Below, one piece after another: positions 38,543-51,904 of a stretch of DNA of 63,701 nucleotides. Origin of the DNA: Octopus bimaculoides (taxonomy: Eukaryota); contig NC_069002.1 in NCBI RefSeq assembly GCF_001194135.2, forward strand, positions 33,973,372 to 34,037,072. Direction: 5' to 3'. The notes beneath the pieces are model-generated. The model searched no databases, was not told the origin of the DNA, and saw nothing but the letters and a program-made list of their open reading frames with translations. Numbering within the stretch: the stretch's first letter is position 1; each line of letters starts with the position of its first letter. The position numbers and the translations under genes are program-made.

Positions 38543-39834
38543 CAGTATACAAATTTGGAACACAACACAATTAACATTTTCAAAGATATGAACAAAATAT
38601 TAATATTCAAACGTTACAGAAATATGTACGCCCTAAAGGAAATTTGCTATATTCAATATTTTATTCATTTATATTTTTACCAATTTCAGATTTTGCTGAT
38701 AATTTCAATTGTAGGAAATTATTTCTCCTGGCATTTTTTCACCGTTCATTGTTATTGCATCTGTAGGAGTTCTGATTTTTGTACCGTGATGAAAATCTTC
38801 ATTGTGATTAAAATGGTACTAACACGAAAAGAATTGTCTGAAGATTTGAAGAAAATTATTTTGAATTTGCACAAGAATGGTTTAGGGTACAAGTTCATTA
38901 GGAAACGAATACATATTAGTCTTAACACAGTTGCCGAAGTAATTCAGAAGTACAGAGCTACTGGACAGTTAAGCAAAAAACATTGTCCAGGTCGTCCTTC
39001 TCTTTTAACTGCGCGTGATATTCGCCACATCCAACGTTACATGATGGACGACAGGCGTCGTACCGCTTCATCTTTGGTCTAAGAAGTGCCTTCTGTTAGT
39101 GGAACGAGTGTATCCACCCAAACACTTCACCGAAGTTTGAACCAGTATGGTCTTCATGTAAGCAATTTCACGTAGGAAGCCTGTCCTCACTACTAGGCGT
39201 AAATCAAGTCGTCTTTCTATTGCCGAAATCTATGTGAGTGAAGGGAAGGAGTTTGGGAATAAAATTCTTTTTTCTGATGAGACTAAAATCAACTTGTTTG
39301 GGTCAGATGGTATTAAACGAGTATGGCGATGACCAGGTGAAGATAATAGTGAAAAATGCACCGTGCCTACCGTGAAACACGGCGGAGGAAGTGTTATGCT
39401 TTGGGGATGCATGAGTGCGGCTGGTGTGGGAGGACTCGCATTTATTGAGAGAACAATACATTCTAGGCTTTATAGTAACACATTGCAGAAAACAATGTTG
39501 AAAAACATCAATGCACTCGGACGATATTCCATGTTTCAACATGATAATGACCCTAAACACACTTCAAAGGTGATCAGTAATTTTTTATTAGATAAAAAGG
39601 TAAAGGTATTGCCTTCGCCTACCATGTCACCTGATTTAAACCTAATGCAACACCTGTAGGGTGTTTTGAAAAGAATGTTGAAGAAAAACTTAATGCACTC
39701 ATTGAGTGAATTGACGGTCGCACCAAATATGGAAAGTTATCCTTGAGGGTGTGCATATTTTTGTATCATTTGAAAATAAATATTTCGTTCATATCTTTGA
39801 AAATACTTGTTTTGTGTTCCAAATTTCACTACTG
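38543..39834 (+). mobile_element. Tc1 (DD34E) DNA transposon with about 95-bp TIRs, inactivated
   Basis: ATG 38813 MVLTRKELSEDLKKIILNLHKNGLGY..GRPSLL.., then RKPVL..FSDETKINLFGSDG..PTVKHGGGSVMLWGCM..FQHDNDPKHTSK..SPDLNLMQHL*. Catalytic E is replaced by Q, with stops, shifts and a C-terminal deletion. TIRs 38543-38639 and 39741-39834 (CAGT...ACTG, TA after the right end). Confidence 0.92.
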
Positions 39835-41173
39835 TATAAATCTCTCTGGGAGATTTAAAAATGTATTATTACTAATATTATTATTCGACATCTGATAGCT
39901 TCAAAGAAGGTTCTATTGCATCACTTGCAACATTTTAGTGCTGCTTAGGACTGTGAACCTTTTTTATTTTGTTTAGGGAGAATTATAGTGCATCAGTATA
40001 TTTTGTTACGGTTGTTGGTTTGAGCTTTGTGTTGTATTATTGTTTGTATTGTCTGTGTGTGCAGTGCCATATGTGTTCTTCTGTTGGGTATCTGGCTTGT
40101 ATGGCACATGTTGTGTGGCTTGTTCATTTTATTGGGCATTTACAATATGAGTTTATTCCTGCTTGTTTTAGGTATAGTGTTGCATTGTAATAGGCGTATA
40201 TCACTTCATTTGTCCATCGTTCGACTTTGGTTTTGTTAACTGTTTGGGTACTGACATTAAGAGACGGATAGAACGACGCCTCTCTGTATGTGACTGGATG
40301 AGTTTATTTCTAGGTGTTTTGTTCGTGCAGTACCCGACCTCCACACCCGTGAATATTACTGTCCTTATGCCAAAATAATAAAAGATTATTTTTGTTAATG
40401 TTACTGTCATTGTTGTTGTTGATCTTAACATCATCATTTTTATAATCATCATCGTTGCTATTAAAATAACGATGAAAATATATTCGTTTTACAATCAATT
40501 TTAGTTTTAAAAGCAAAAGAATTATACTAGGAGGATTAAAAAACTAAATATGACATAAATTTACAGAAAAAACCTATAGAATATTAAATAAATAAAATTT
40601 TACATACGAAACTGAAAATATAAAATGAATCCATAAGAATAGCGTTTTTGTGATTGTGACTATATACGTGTTTATCTTATCTTTCTAAGGTTGTCTCAAC
40701 ATTTTAGGATATGTCTACGTTAGATTAACATGTGTAACTGTGTATGGCTGCTTTTGTGCTTCGATATTTGCACGACCTTGCAATCATATCTCTAAGTATA
40801 GCGATGCCTATATCTGCAAACGTGTATGAGGTATATATGTATGTGTTCACCAGTGTGTTTTTATCGGGTGTTTATGTGTACGTACATGTCGGTAGGTGAC
40901 TATGATTTAATGCGTTTGTGTGCGAGTGTATTTGCATAATATTTTCCGTGTATACAGAGAACGGTATTTGTTTTCTAAATGTGTATCTCTCTGCTTGTGT
41001 TCCTATATTGACCATGTCTAAACCTTCCTTGCATATACAAGTATGAAATATCGACAATATGCCTCACTGCGTGTATATTGATGTGTACATGCACAATTAT
41101 TTGTGAATGTATTTTGTTCCATGGATTGTATGTATATATAAAAAGGAAATATCTCAACATATGTGTATGTACG

Positions 41174-41208
<35 letters not shown>

Positions 41209-42339
41209 ATCTACATATATATTTATATTTATGTAATAACTTTATATATATATATATANNNNNNNNNNNNNNNNNNNNNNNNNNNNNNNNNNNNNNNNNN
41301 NNNNNNNNNNNNNNNNNNNNNNNNNNNNNNNNNNNNNNNNNNNNNNNNNNNNNNNNNNNNNNNNNNNNNNNNNNNNNNNNNNNNNNNNNNNNNNNNNNNN
41401 NNNNNNNNNNNNNNNNNNNNNNNNNNNNNNNNNNNNNNNNNNNNNNNNNNNNNNNNNNNNNNNNNNNNNNNNNNNNNNNNNNNNNNNNNNNNNNNNNNNN
41501 NNNNNNNNNNNNNNNNNNNNNNNNNNNNNNNNNNNNNNNNNNNNNNNNNNNNNNNNNNNNNNNNNNNNNNNNNNNNNNNNNNNNNNNNNNNNNNNNNNNN
41601 NNNNNNNNNNNNNNNNNNNNNNNNNNNNNNNNNNNNNNNNNNNNNNNNNNNNNNNNNNNNNNNNNNNNNNNNNNNNNNNNNNNNNNNNNNNNNNNNNNNN
41701 NNNNNNNNNNNNNNNNNNNNNNNNNNNNNNNNNNNNNNNNNNNNNNNNNNNNNNNNNNNNNNNNNNNNNNNNNNNNNNNNNNNNNNNNNNNNNNNNNNNN
41801 NNNNNNNNNNNNNNNNNNNNNNNNNNNNNNNNNNNNNNNNNNNNNNNNNNNNNNNNNNNNNNNNNNNNNNNNNNNNNNNNNNNNNNNNNNNNNNNNNNNN
41901 NNNNNNNNNNNNNNNNNNNNNNNNNNNNNNNNNNNNNNNNNNNNNNNNNNNNNNNNNNNNNNNNNNNNNNNNNNNNNNNNNNNNNNNNNNNNNNNNNNNN
42001 NNNNNNNNNNNNNNNNNNNNNNNNNNNNNNNNNNNNNNTATATATATATATATATATATATATGAGACAGATGGTTAGATAGATAGATGTAGATACATAC
42101 ATACATTGTTAGTGTTCTGTTTGGTTGGCTCCTAACGGACTGTGCCACAATATAATACAAAGAAAACGTATGCATGTATACACACATATATGTACATACT
42201 TTCATCTACATGTGTATATAGATGCATATCAGGGTACAGGACGTTAGAAAAATGAACTACAGACAACGGAACGAACACATAGGAAAACAGATAGCCACCT
42301 GGAATCATTCCTTCATCAGCTGCCTCTATTCTAACTAGG

Positions 42340-43090
42340 AGTTTCAAAGATGGAGATAAGCAGAGAGTGTGGGGAGAGAGTCCGTGAGCTGTGTAAAGCC
42401 GGGTGTTGCATATTGTCGAGTGTAACTACAAGTATTTTGTATCTTGAGTAGGACGATTTGCGAGGATGTTATTTATTATCCCGTTATATCGAACGGACAG
42501 AGTAAGGATAGGTAGAGTGCCCCCTAAAATTGACGAGGCATGGCTGGTAGCAGCCATCTTCTACCTTACCGAGGAAGATGCAGAAATTTTGAAAATATCC
42601 AAAACTACGGAGATAAACTGTGGGGATATGGGTTAGAGGTAACAGTTCATATATGCCTGCCAAACCTCCATAAGATTGTGGAAGACCTGGTTATGAAGGA
42701 TGAGACTAGACTGAGGATTGTTGTGGGGAGTAGACCTCCAATATGTTTTTTTTTTTGTGTGGAGTAAGGGGATAGATGAAGGTCAAGTTTCCTCAGATAT
42801 ACGAGTACAAAATAACAGAAAGAGAAATTCAAGAAGAAGAGAGTACAGCCGTAGAGGAAGAGAAAACGAAGGAGCAATTTACGGCGGCGAAAAGAAAAAA
42901 AGAACTTATAATCACCACCAAGAAGCCCCAAGGAGAAAAAAAGAAACACAAACGGAGAGAACAAGAAAGAAAAGAGAAAAAATAGAAAACCGAATGAAAC
43001 ATCAAGGGAAGTGCGAACGCACGAACCGCCGACTTCAACTAGCAAGGAAGAAAGAGTACGAAAGAAGAAAGGGAACGAAAGAGACAGCGA
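42340..43090 (+). mobile_element. Degenerate LINE ORF1-like remnant with CCHC zinc knuckle
   Basis: RVRIGRVPPKIDEAWLVAAI..RLRIVVGSRPPICF-CGVRG*MKVKFP (42732-42793) fits a decayed CX2CX4HX4C knuckle, followed by a K/E-rich tail. A related 105-bp piece recurs at 43652-43755. Confidence 0.5.
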
Positions 43091-44116
43091 AGTAGAGAAA
43101 GATATTTATGAGGGACGAAGGGAGTGGTGAAAGATATCAAAGAACGATACCTACAGGGAGAAACTTCAGAAGCCTCATCGTATTTGAAAAAAAGCGTCGA
43201 AATTGAAAAAAGAGTAACAAAAATGAAAAATGTTATCAGAGTGAAACTGGTAAACCGTGAAGGTAGGAAGGGTGTGCTGTTGGAGAGAGAAAGAAAGGAG
43301 AGTGGTTAGTAGAATTATTTGGAAAAAAAAAACGAGTGGAAATATCACCACTTCAGTTTAGATACGACGAACTGTTACCTGTTGTAATTTTTGACGATAT
43401 AAAGCAGTATTTGTTGTAATTTTATGTTAATGAAAAAGATAAAAGACTGTAAAGTAAAACTAATTTAAAAAAAAAACAGTAAGATGAAGCTACTTGCTTT
43501 AGGGGACAAGTAAGTCATTTCAACCTCATTTTTATCACATTCATGATTCATCCAATATATATTTATATGTACCCCCAATGTCTTGTTTTGTCTGTCCTTG
43601 CGGTGTCCCCTTTTTATAAAGGCCATGTGTCTAAATAAAAGATATGAAACAGTGTAAAGCCGAGAGTTGCTTCTTTTCGAGTGTAATTACAAGTCTTGTG
43701 TATCTTGAGTAGAACGATTTGGAAGGATGTTATTATCGCGTTATATCGTACGACAAATGTGCGATAGAACAGATAAATAGATAGATAGATAGATAGATGC
43801 AGATATATATATACATACATACATTTTTAGAGAGATAGAGAGATACAGATAGATGAAGATAGATAGATAGATAGATACATACGTACATTGTTAGATAGAT
43901 AAATGGATATATAGATAGATAGGTAGGTAGATAGGGGTAGTTACATCGTATACACATACGCATATGACATTGCACATATATATGTGCACATACATACACA
44001 TGCACTCACGTATATATACACTCGACACAAAGTATCTTCTATGTCATTATGCAGAGTTGTCTCCTTTGATATTTTATTCTACATAAAACCACACACACAC
44101 ACACATGTATACACAG

Positions 44117-44166
<50 letters not shown>

Positions 44167-44944
44167 TGATATATATTATATATAGAAAGAGAGAGTGAGT
44201 GAGAGAGGGACGGATATAGAGACAAGCAGACAGCCAAACAGATAGACAAAGATTGAGAGAGAAAGAGAGGTACGCACACAAAGACATATTGCTAATTACT
44301 GTTAACACATTTTAGAACTGACACTCATTCGGATATCACAAAATATCGCCTAGAAAATAGGCTGCAGCAGAAATACGACCTATCTGTCTCTCTTAGTACA
44401 TGCTTAAGCTGATTATGACCTGACCTGAATGATGATCTGTGCTAAATCCGTTAATCTCCATGAATATAACACCGCAATTCATATAAATACGATTTGGAAG
44501 AAATATAGAAGAATATCCTTTTATGGTTAAACAAAAACCTAATAGTTTGTGATTGTCATACATCTAGAATCTGATTACTTGTGCTGAGATTATTTGTGAA
44601 ACAGAAAATGCACAAACATATTGATATTGACATGAAGTAATGGAGGTGGTGCTAATAGTTGGTTGAAAAATGGAATAGCAAGTATCATTGTGTTAATGGC
44701 AGATGTTATAGAAAATGTTTATGTAAAATAAGGCATATATTTATACGGGACTGATGTAAGTTCAAGACAGAAAAAGTTAATGTAGATGAGAGGGAAAATA
44801 TACAGAAGAAAAAAGTGGGTCATCGATCGAAGATTCAGAATGAAGATTGATGAGAAAAACTGTAAGACTCAGAAGGTACGACGTACGAAACGACCAATAT
44901 AAATAATATCACATTTTAGAAAGAAAGAGATCAAACCAGAAACA

Positions 44945-45130
44945 CCTTTTTTCTTTTACTTGTTTCAGTCATTTGACTGCGGCAATGCTGGAGCACCGCC
45001 TGAAGTCGAGCACATCGACCCTAGTATTTATTCCAACGGCCTCTTTTGCTGCACCGCTAAGTTACGGGGACGCAAACATACTGGCATCGGTTATCAAGCG
45101 ATGGTGGGGGGACAAACATGGATACAGAAA

Positions 45131-45186
<56 letters not shown>

Positions 45187-45692
45187 ATATATATATACTC
45201 TTTTACTATTTTACTTGTTTCAGTCATTTGACTGTGGCCATGCTGGAGCACCGCCTTTAGTCGAGTAAATCGACCCCAGGACTTATTCTTTAGATNNNNN
45301 NNNNNCTTGTTTCAGTCATTTGACTGTGGCCATGCTGGAGCACCGCCTTTAGTCGAGTAAATCGACCCCAGGACTTATTCTTTAGATGCCTAGTACTTAT
45401 TCTATCGGTCTCTTGTTGCCGAACCGCTAAGTTACGGGGACGTAAACACACCACCATCGGTTGTCAAGCGATGTTTGTGGGACAAACACACACACACAAA
45501 CATATATATATATATATATATACATATATACGACAGGCTTCTTTCAGTTTCCGTCTACCAAATCCACTCACAAGGCTTTGGTCGGCCCGAGACTATAGTA
45601 GAAGACACTTGCCCGAGGTGCCACGCAGTGGGAATGAACCCGGAACCATGTGGTTGGTAAGCAAGCTACTTACCACACAGCCACTCCTGCGC
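44945..45692 (-). mobile_element. Head-to-tail SINE family B copies (3' half plus full copy), with an assembly duplication at the gap
   Basis: Full copy about 45200-45692 plus a 3' half at 44945-45190; 82 bp repeated on both sides of the 10-N gap. Confidence 0.85.
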
Positions 45693-46569
45693 CTATTTAT
45701 GATTCCTGAAGAAAATAAGAGAAATAATAGTATAAAACTAAATGCTAACACGCTCACAACTGAGGAAGCTGGAGGAAAATTCCAAACAAATTAATAAAAG
45801 GAGAAAAAATATTGTGCAATATCAGAATGAAAACTTTAAGGCGCAGGAAGACGCATCATCATGAAAATATTCGAAATTTCGTTAATTGCACCTTGAAAAT
45901 CCTGTAAGCTTACTACAGTGAATGAAAATAATCATCTGCTCAAAGAATTATCATCACCTCCTTCCTCCGCTGAAAAAGAAAGGACATTAAAAGAAACACC
46001 AGAAATGCATGGATCCACTTATTCTTAAAATTAAGGAATATTTAGTAAGTATATGTGTACGCAGCTTGTGGTGAATATGCGTGCAGTTTAAGTCAGAAGG
46101 AAAAAAAGTTAATCCGAGAGAGTGAAATCCGATATTATGAATATAACGTAATATTATTTGGTCCTCGTGAGAGAATGACGGATAAATGTGCTACAGAACG
46201 ATAATGTAACGGAGCAGTAAATGGCTAAGTCCATCAAGTGTAAAAGAAAAGTATTTGTTACTGGTTCGAAACTAAACTGACAGGAGAGAATGTCGTTATA
46301 CAAATCAATTTGTAGGCCAGGCGAGTGTTCGTACTCCACGATATTTAATTAGCAGACAAATACAGAGAGCTCGGAATCGGAGAGAGAAACTTGAAGGGTT
46401 CTCGTAAAACACAACGCCGAGCACCGTAAATGTAATTTGGAAAGGATCTTCTTAGCAACAAATCGAAAAAGAAACTAGAGGAGTGGAAGTTTGTTAAATA
46501 TAGAAGAAACTTCCAGCGCTGTAATCTTGGGTTTTAAAACTTTGTTTTCAGATGTCATTGAAACACAGA

Positions 46570-47190
46570 GTTACAGGAAGAAGAGTCGAAGAGCGGCAGA
46601 ATAAATATCGGAAAGAATTACCGAGCCGATTCATACATACGACAAACCAGGGATATTGCAAATAAAAACGTTGGTTGTGGTGGAGAGAAGAGTTCTGAAA
46701 TGAGAAACTGAATCACAAATTAGAGTCGCCCAGAAACAAGAAATTACAACGAACGAAGATGAAGACAAATATTAATAAAATTCAATGAGAGAGCAAAAGC
46801 GGAATTTGTGAGAACGGAGAAATAATAATATAGCTGTTAAATCAATGCAAAAAAACCAGCACAAAAAGAATATAGGTACATGCATGAAAGTATCAGTGAA
46901 TATTGCATCAGGTTTTACTCAAATTTGTGGATTCGAAGTTAGGTTATGTTTGGTATGAAGAAGAACCAGATACTATGATGGTAAATTACAAATGATCTTA
47001 GAGGATTTCACTGTAGAAAGTAATATTGAAACAAGAGACACACCAAATATGACCGTGGACGTCAGGAAGAAAACACAAAAAGACAATATAAGGTCTTTGA
47101 CTTTGCAATCCTGTAATGTAAAGGGAATTGACATAAAAAAAAATCTGTCATTCAAGAATATCAGAATACAGGCAGAAGAATAACGCAGGC
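46570..47190 (+). mobile_element. Possible second decayed LINE 5' region (ORF1 end / endonuclease start)
   Basis: RINIGK..ILQIKTLVVVERR loosely echoes the 42.5 kb ORF1; SCNVKGI resembles the APE motif SWNVRGL. Weak. Confidence 0.25.
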
Positions 47191-47729
47191 CATACTGGTA
47201 ATGATAATCGTGTGTAGCCGTACACTCCAACTTCATGCCGATGAAGTGTGTCCATATACATTTTAATTGTCCGCCACATTAAAGCATGTACACAAGTATG
47301 TGTATTTGCACATATGAGTGTGCGTGCGCATATATGTGTTTATGTATGCGTGAACATATATATATATTACGTGTGTGTGCGCATGTTTATACATGCGTAA
47401 ATATGTGTTATTGCATATGAGTGTTGATTTGTTTGATTTTATGTGCATATCTACAGCCATGTACGTACGTTAACGCAGAGAAAGATAAGACAGAGAAAGA
47501 TAGAGGAATTCACAAAGATATTATATTTAGAATCTGAGGAAGAAGAATAATTTCTGATTGCCATTGACGCAAACCTTACCAAAGCGAAATTGTTGATGTT
47601 ACTTGAGATCTTTGAAACACACTTTATCTCTCTTTTAAGAAACCTAACGTATCTTTGAACTATGATAAGACCCTCAAACCTTTCTTAGAACATCGCTAAA
47701 AACCTAGTAAGAAACCCCCTCTCTCTCTA

Positions 47730-47764
<35 letters not shown>

Positions 47765-48724
47765 CTATCTATATATATATATCTATCTCTCACTCGCTCT
47801 TTCTCACTTACACCGATTCTTTACAATTGGCAAATAATCAAATTTTAACTGGAGCCACACTTGATTATAACGAAGCCATACCTAGAGGTGGGTTTAAAGA
47901 GAAAATATTTGAAAGTTAATTCAACAACACAGAACACATTATCATACGTTAACAGAACTATATAAAGGAAGAATGCCCCTAAGAACTCTCTTTTATCATA
48001 GTTGAATCTACCCAGTGGCCAGATCTTTCGTTGAATTATTGAGAAAAAAACACTTAGAAACAAAAGATAGATTCTATCAATTTTGAACACAAAGACAATG
48101 AAAAAATTCGTATTGTACAAAACAATATTTTGCTCAAGTTCTGCTTTATTTTACCTCAGATCAACTTGGTTTAAAATTTCACGGTAATTATGATATGATT
48201 AAAGAATGAAAACTGGAATATTCTCAACGGACAGCCTTCACTCTATAATCTAAATGCCCAAAGTAGAACATAATTTATAATGTAACAGCCTAATATAAAA
48301 TATAATTAATTAGTCGCGCACGAAGCAACGAAGCTTATAAGTTAACTGTGTGACATAAAACTATGAATATAGTTATACGTACATGTTTGTGTACACACAA
48401 ACGAGGCGAATATATTTGCTGAGAATACTATCTAGAGAGAGAAATTCTACAGATGGTCAGTGAGTATGTGAACACACCAGTGAGTATGGATGATTTCACC
48501 CAGATATAATTAGATCTCACTGTGCTTAATTATACATGCCTATATTTTAAACTTTGCGGCATACTATGTCTCTAATTAATTATTTCCAACCTGGAAATGT
48601 TTTGTAGACATCAGCAAATTTAATATTTTCTGTTTAAATGTAAGAATGACAGTGTTTAGTGGTCTCGGGACGACGGATTTAGGATTAGTAACAAGTGAAG
48701 CGTAACGAGGCAGAAACACGTCGT

Positions 48725-48898
48725 ATGGGCCTACTATTCATGTAAGTGCTTCTTCATATACTGTGTTTTCTGTCTTGCCATATTTATCACTGAAAATGTA
48801 GAGGCCCTTTTCATCTCCAATTCTAGAAAATCCACATACAGCTGACCATGTGAAAAGCAAGGTTGAAGGAGGTTAAGTGCCACCACCTTTAGAGATTG
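48725..48898 (-). mobile_element. Helitron helicase C-terminal fragment (duplicate of 55712-55885)
   Basis: QSLKVVALNLLQPCFSHGQLYV / shift / SRIGDEKGLYIFSDKYGKTENTVYEEALT*: PIF1-like motif VI and Helitron C-terminus. Confidence 0.85.
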
Positions 48899-48972
48899 TC
48901 TAACTTGCTTCTCATTACATTTACCCATATATNNNNNNNNNNNNNNNNATATATATAATATAAGTTGTCAGC

Positions 48973-49043
48973 AGAGAGCCACGAGACTCGAACTCGCACC
49001 TCTCAGATACTGGCTGAGTACTCTACCAATTAGCTAAACTGTT
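48973..49043 (-). pseudogene. tRNA-like pseudogene or SINE head (AGT at the anticodon position)
   Basis: Minus: A-box tagctaattggtagag; anticodon arm CTCAG-ccagtat-CTGAG; T arm GCGAG-ttcgagt-CTCGT. The acceptor stem is broken (aacagtt / ggctctc) and the loop lacks U33. Confidence 0.6.
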
Positions 49044-49763
49044 AGCTGACAATAATTTCCATCAAATTTAACAGAATGCGCCAGCACACATATGTGGGCG
49101 GGTATCTAAGCGCCATTATAGTAGTGACGTTATAAAATTTCGTTTGGAAATAATAATATACAGCGTTTTGCGCCGCTGGAGATCCTCTTTGTTTTGCGTA
49201 TTTTGCGTTAGATTTGAACGAATATATATTTGTGTTTGAAATTGTGCAGATGAAAGCAAATGCAATTGTCCGTCGAGTGGACTACACCACGAATACGGCA
49301 AGTGAAGTTTGCTTTTCTTAAGATGTATAATGAGTGTTGTACATGAAGAGTTCATTAACTTTCCTTGCCAGCAGACTAAGCTGTTTATATTTTAAAGAAA
49401 GTTATCTATATATTTCTATAAACAGTGTTGAATAGTTAAGAAAGAGATACACAAACACAATTACACATTAGGCAAGGAAATTGATAAGGTACCTCACCAC
49501 CAGATCACCCGCGTAACATAGATGAATCATTACCATTCCTACATAATGACTATGGCAAGTAATACAAATATCATATGCTAACATAGAAACTAGGAAAGCC
49601 ATGAAGAGACCTGAGAAACAGTAATTAATGAATATATGTCTTCGTATCAGTGTGTATATGTATACATATATATGTGCATGTATAAGATTACGTATAATTA
49701 CATACATTCATATAATTATGTGTGTGTTTACGTACACACTTAAGACAGTGTTTCAAAAAAAAA

Positions 49764-50001
49764 ATTATTTACATTTGATGGATATTTGTTCTCATCTTGG
49801 TTGTTGTTAACAAAACTTTGCAGCTGATATTCCCTCCAGGCTTCATCAGGTGTCTTGGGAAAATTTCGAAGCTGGGTTCTCGTTCCTAAGTTATTTTTCG
49901 ATGTTATTATTATTATTATTATTATTCAGGTCACTGCCTGGAATCGAGCTCGGAATCTTGAGGTTAGTAGCCCGCACTATTAACCACTACGCCATATACC
50001 C
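49764..50001 (-). mobile_element. tRNA-headed non-autonomous element carrying a decayed hammerhead ribozyme motif
   Basis: Minus: A-box TGGCGTAGTGG (49994-49984), B-box GAGCTCGATTCC (49951-49940), (AAT)n spacer, then gacac-CTGATGA-agcctggagggaatatcagct-GCAAA-gtt-ttgtt. Confidence 0.6.
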
Positions 50002-51632
50002 GTGTAAATAATGTACATAATTCCTCTTCTCTTAGATATAGAACTGTGTTTCAAAATGCTTAGAATTTTGTTTTTTACTCTCATTCGTCGCCTTTCTCTC
50101 ATTTCAGTAGCAAATTATGAACTAGCATAAACTGTTAAGTCCTGAAATTTTAGAAAACGTTACTAAGATATTCCTTCTAAGTATGCTGTCGATAATGTGG
50201 GATCCCTTTCAGAGAGAAATTGAAGAGACAGAATGCAATTGGAGAAATGTCTTTTATATTATTTCCAAAACATCCTGATAATACGGAATTTGCTTTGCTT
50301 TTTTTTTTCTTGTTAAGGAAGAGTGGGATTGTGGATAACCATTTAAATGGCCTTCAAAACTGATGGGAAGAAAAAGATGGCATTTTCAAAGAGGGATCTG
50401 TTACAAATTCGTGCAACAAGAGTGCACTCCTTTAAAGTTATCAAAATAGCCAAGGCACCACGTTACACCACAAGGAGACCACTGTGATTTCAGATTTGAA
50501 TCGAACGTACAGGGAAAACATAGTATTATATCTGAGCCGAAGAGCAGTTTGGCTTTTGCATTCGTTTAATATGCGATATCTCAAAGGTTCAATGATAGAA
50601 TTTCTGAGAGTTTCCTTTGTGCGTTACAAAACATACGTGGAAGAGATCTTTTCCGTTCTTGTTTTCTACGTGGGTTATCTCTAGTTCATGTTGCTTCACG
50701 TAAACTGAAAACCTTACTCTCAGACATAGAAAAAAAATGCCTACACACCGTAACCTTGACGTATTTTATAAACTCAGGCATAGTGTCTTCGGGGCCATTC
50801 TCTAGGATGCTGATAATTTGGCTGCTGTTTCTAGTGGATCCGTCCGCTGCGTAGAGTTTACAAATTATTCATTTAAAAAAAAAATCGGTCATGCTGCTAC
50901 GATATTGGATATTTTTTTTTACCTGTGATGGAGTTCGACAGCTCAGTCTTTGCCAGAACACTACAATCATTATGCAAATTCCACTCATGAACACAATAAT
51001 AATTTTTCATGATTCGAGATATGATATCATGAGTTTGATAGGAATGATACTGGGAGGCTGATTCTGAACCTGATATTAGATTCTCACAAGTAATTCTATA
51101 AAGTTGTTTTGCAAATTTATCTATGTTTATTAAATAATATTGAATTAAATAAAACTTGACAGAAAACGTATTTATTGCTTGAAACGAAATACTAAGAATT
51201 CAATTGATTAATTCATATGTAATTAATTTTTAACTCGTTCTTATATCATAGTTTCAATTAGATATACATAATTGATGCGTACACTTTACAGCAATTTTAA
51301 AACACGTTATAAATATGGTATTCTCTCATAAAATCTGGGATATAGTGAAATTATACCCTCGGTATCAAAATACCTGACATGTATACAGAAACCCACAAAC
51401 CTTGGTGACCCGTTTTACGTCAATAATAGTCTTCATAGAATACATTATTTTATTTATTGCTTGGTGCATTAAATATTTTGGAAAAAAATATAACTGATAA
51501 GGTATGGAACAAATATATATGTAAATTCAATACTTGCTGAAATTTAAAAGTATAAGAAATTTTGGAAAATTGGTCGAAAAATTGAAAAGCATCTACGCAC
51601 GCTCGCACGTACACACATGCATATATATATAT

Positions 51633-51692
<60 letters not shown>

Positions 51693-51904
51693 ATTTGTAT
51701 TTGCTTATAATTTAAGGATATAGTCATTAAAATGATTATACCAGTGGCCAGCATAAAAAAAAACACCACATCAGTAAAATTAATATTTCAGTATATTATT
51801 ATAAATATATATATTTATAATGATGTACTTAAATATAAGCTTATACCGATATGGTTTTTATACGCTAATCACTGCTATAATAATTTTAATGCCTCTATAT
51901 ATAT

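Noticed and set aside
39990-40350. TG-rich tract whose minus strand faintly resembles a Jockey/I-type RT C-terminus (similar tracts at about 8550-8950 and 31850-32350)
   Set aside because: Similarity is only a few scattered residues; needs a profile search.
41018-42205. Long ORFs spanning N runs (also at 9.2, 13.9, 30.7, 34.5, 38.2, 57.1 and 58.4 kb)
   Set aside because: Length comes from untranslatable Ns and flanking (TA)n; no coding evidence.
45214-45387. 82-bp perfect direct repeat either side of a 10-N gap
   Set aside because: Identical contig-end overlap left unmerged by scaffolding; an assembly artefact rather than a tandem duplication.
48695-48725. GAAACACGTC, a hammerhead stem III-like motif beside the Helitron block
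   Set aside because: No CUGANGA core or stem II upstream.
49468-49620. Minus-strand peptide ICITCHSHYVG resembling the C..C...YIG half of GIY-YIG
   Set aside because: No first motif and no downstream RF.EH-like motif; likely chance.
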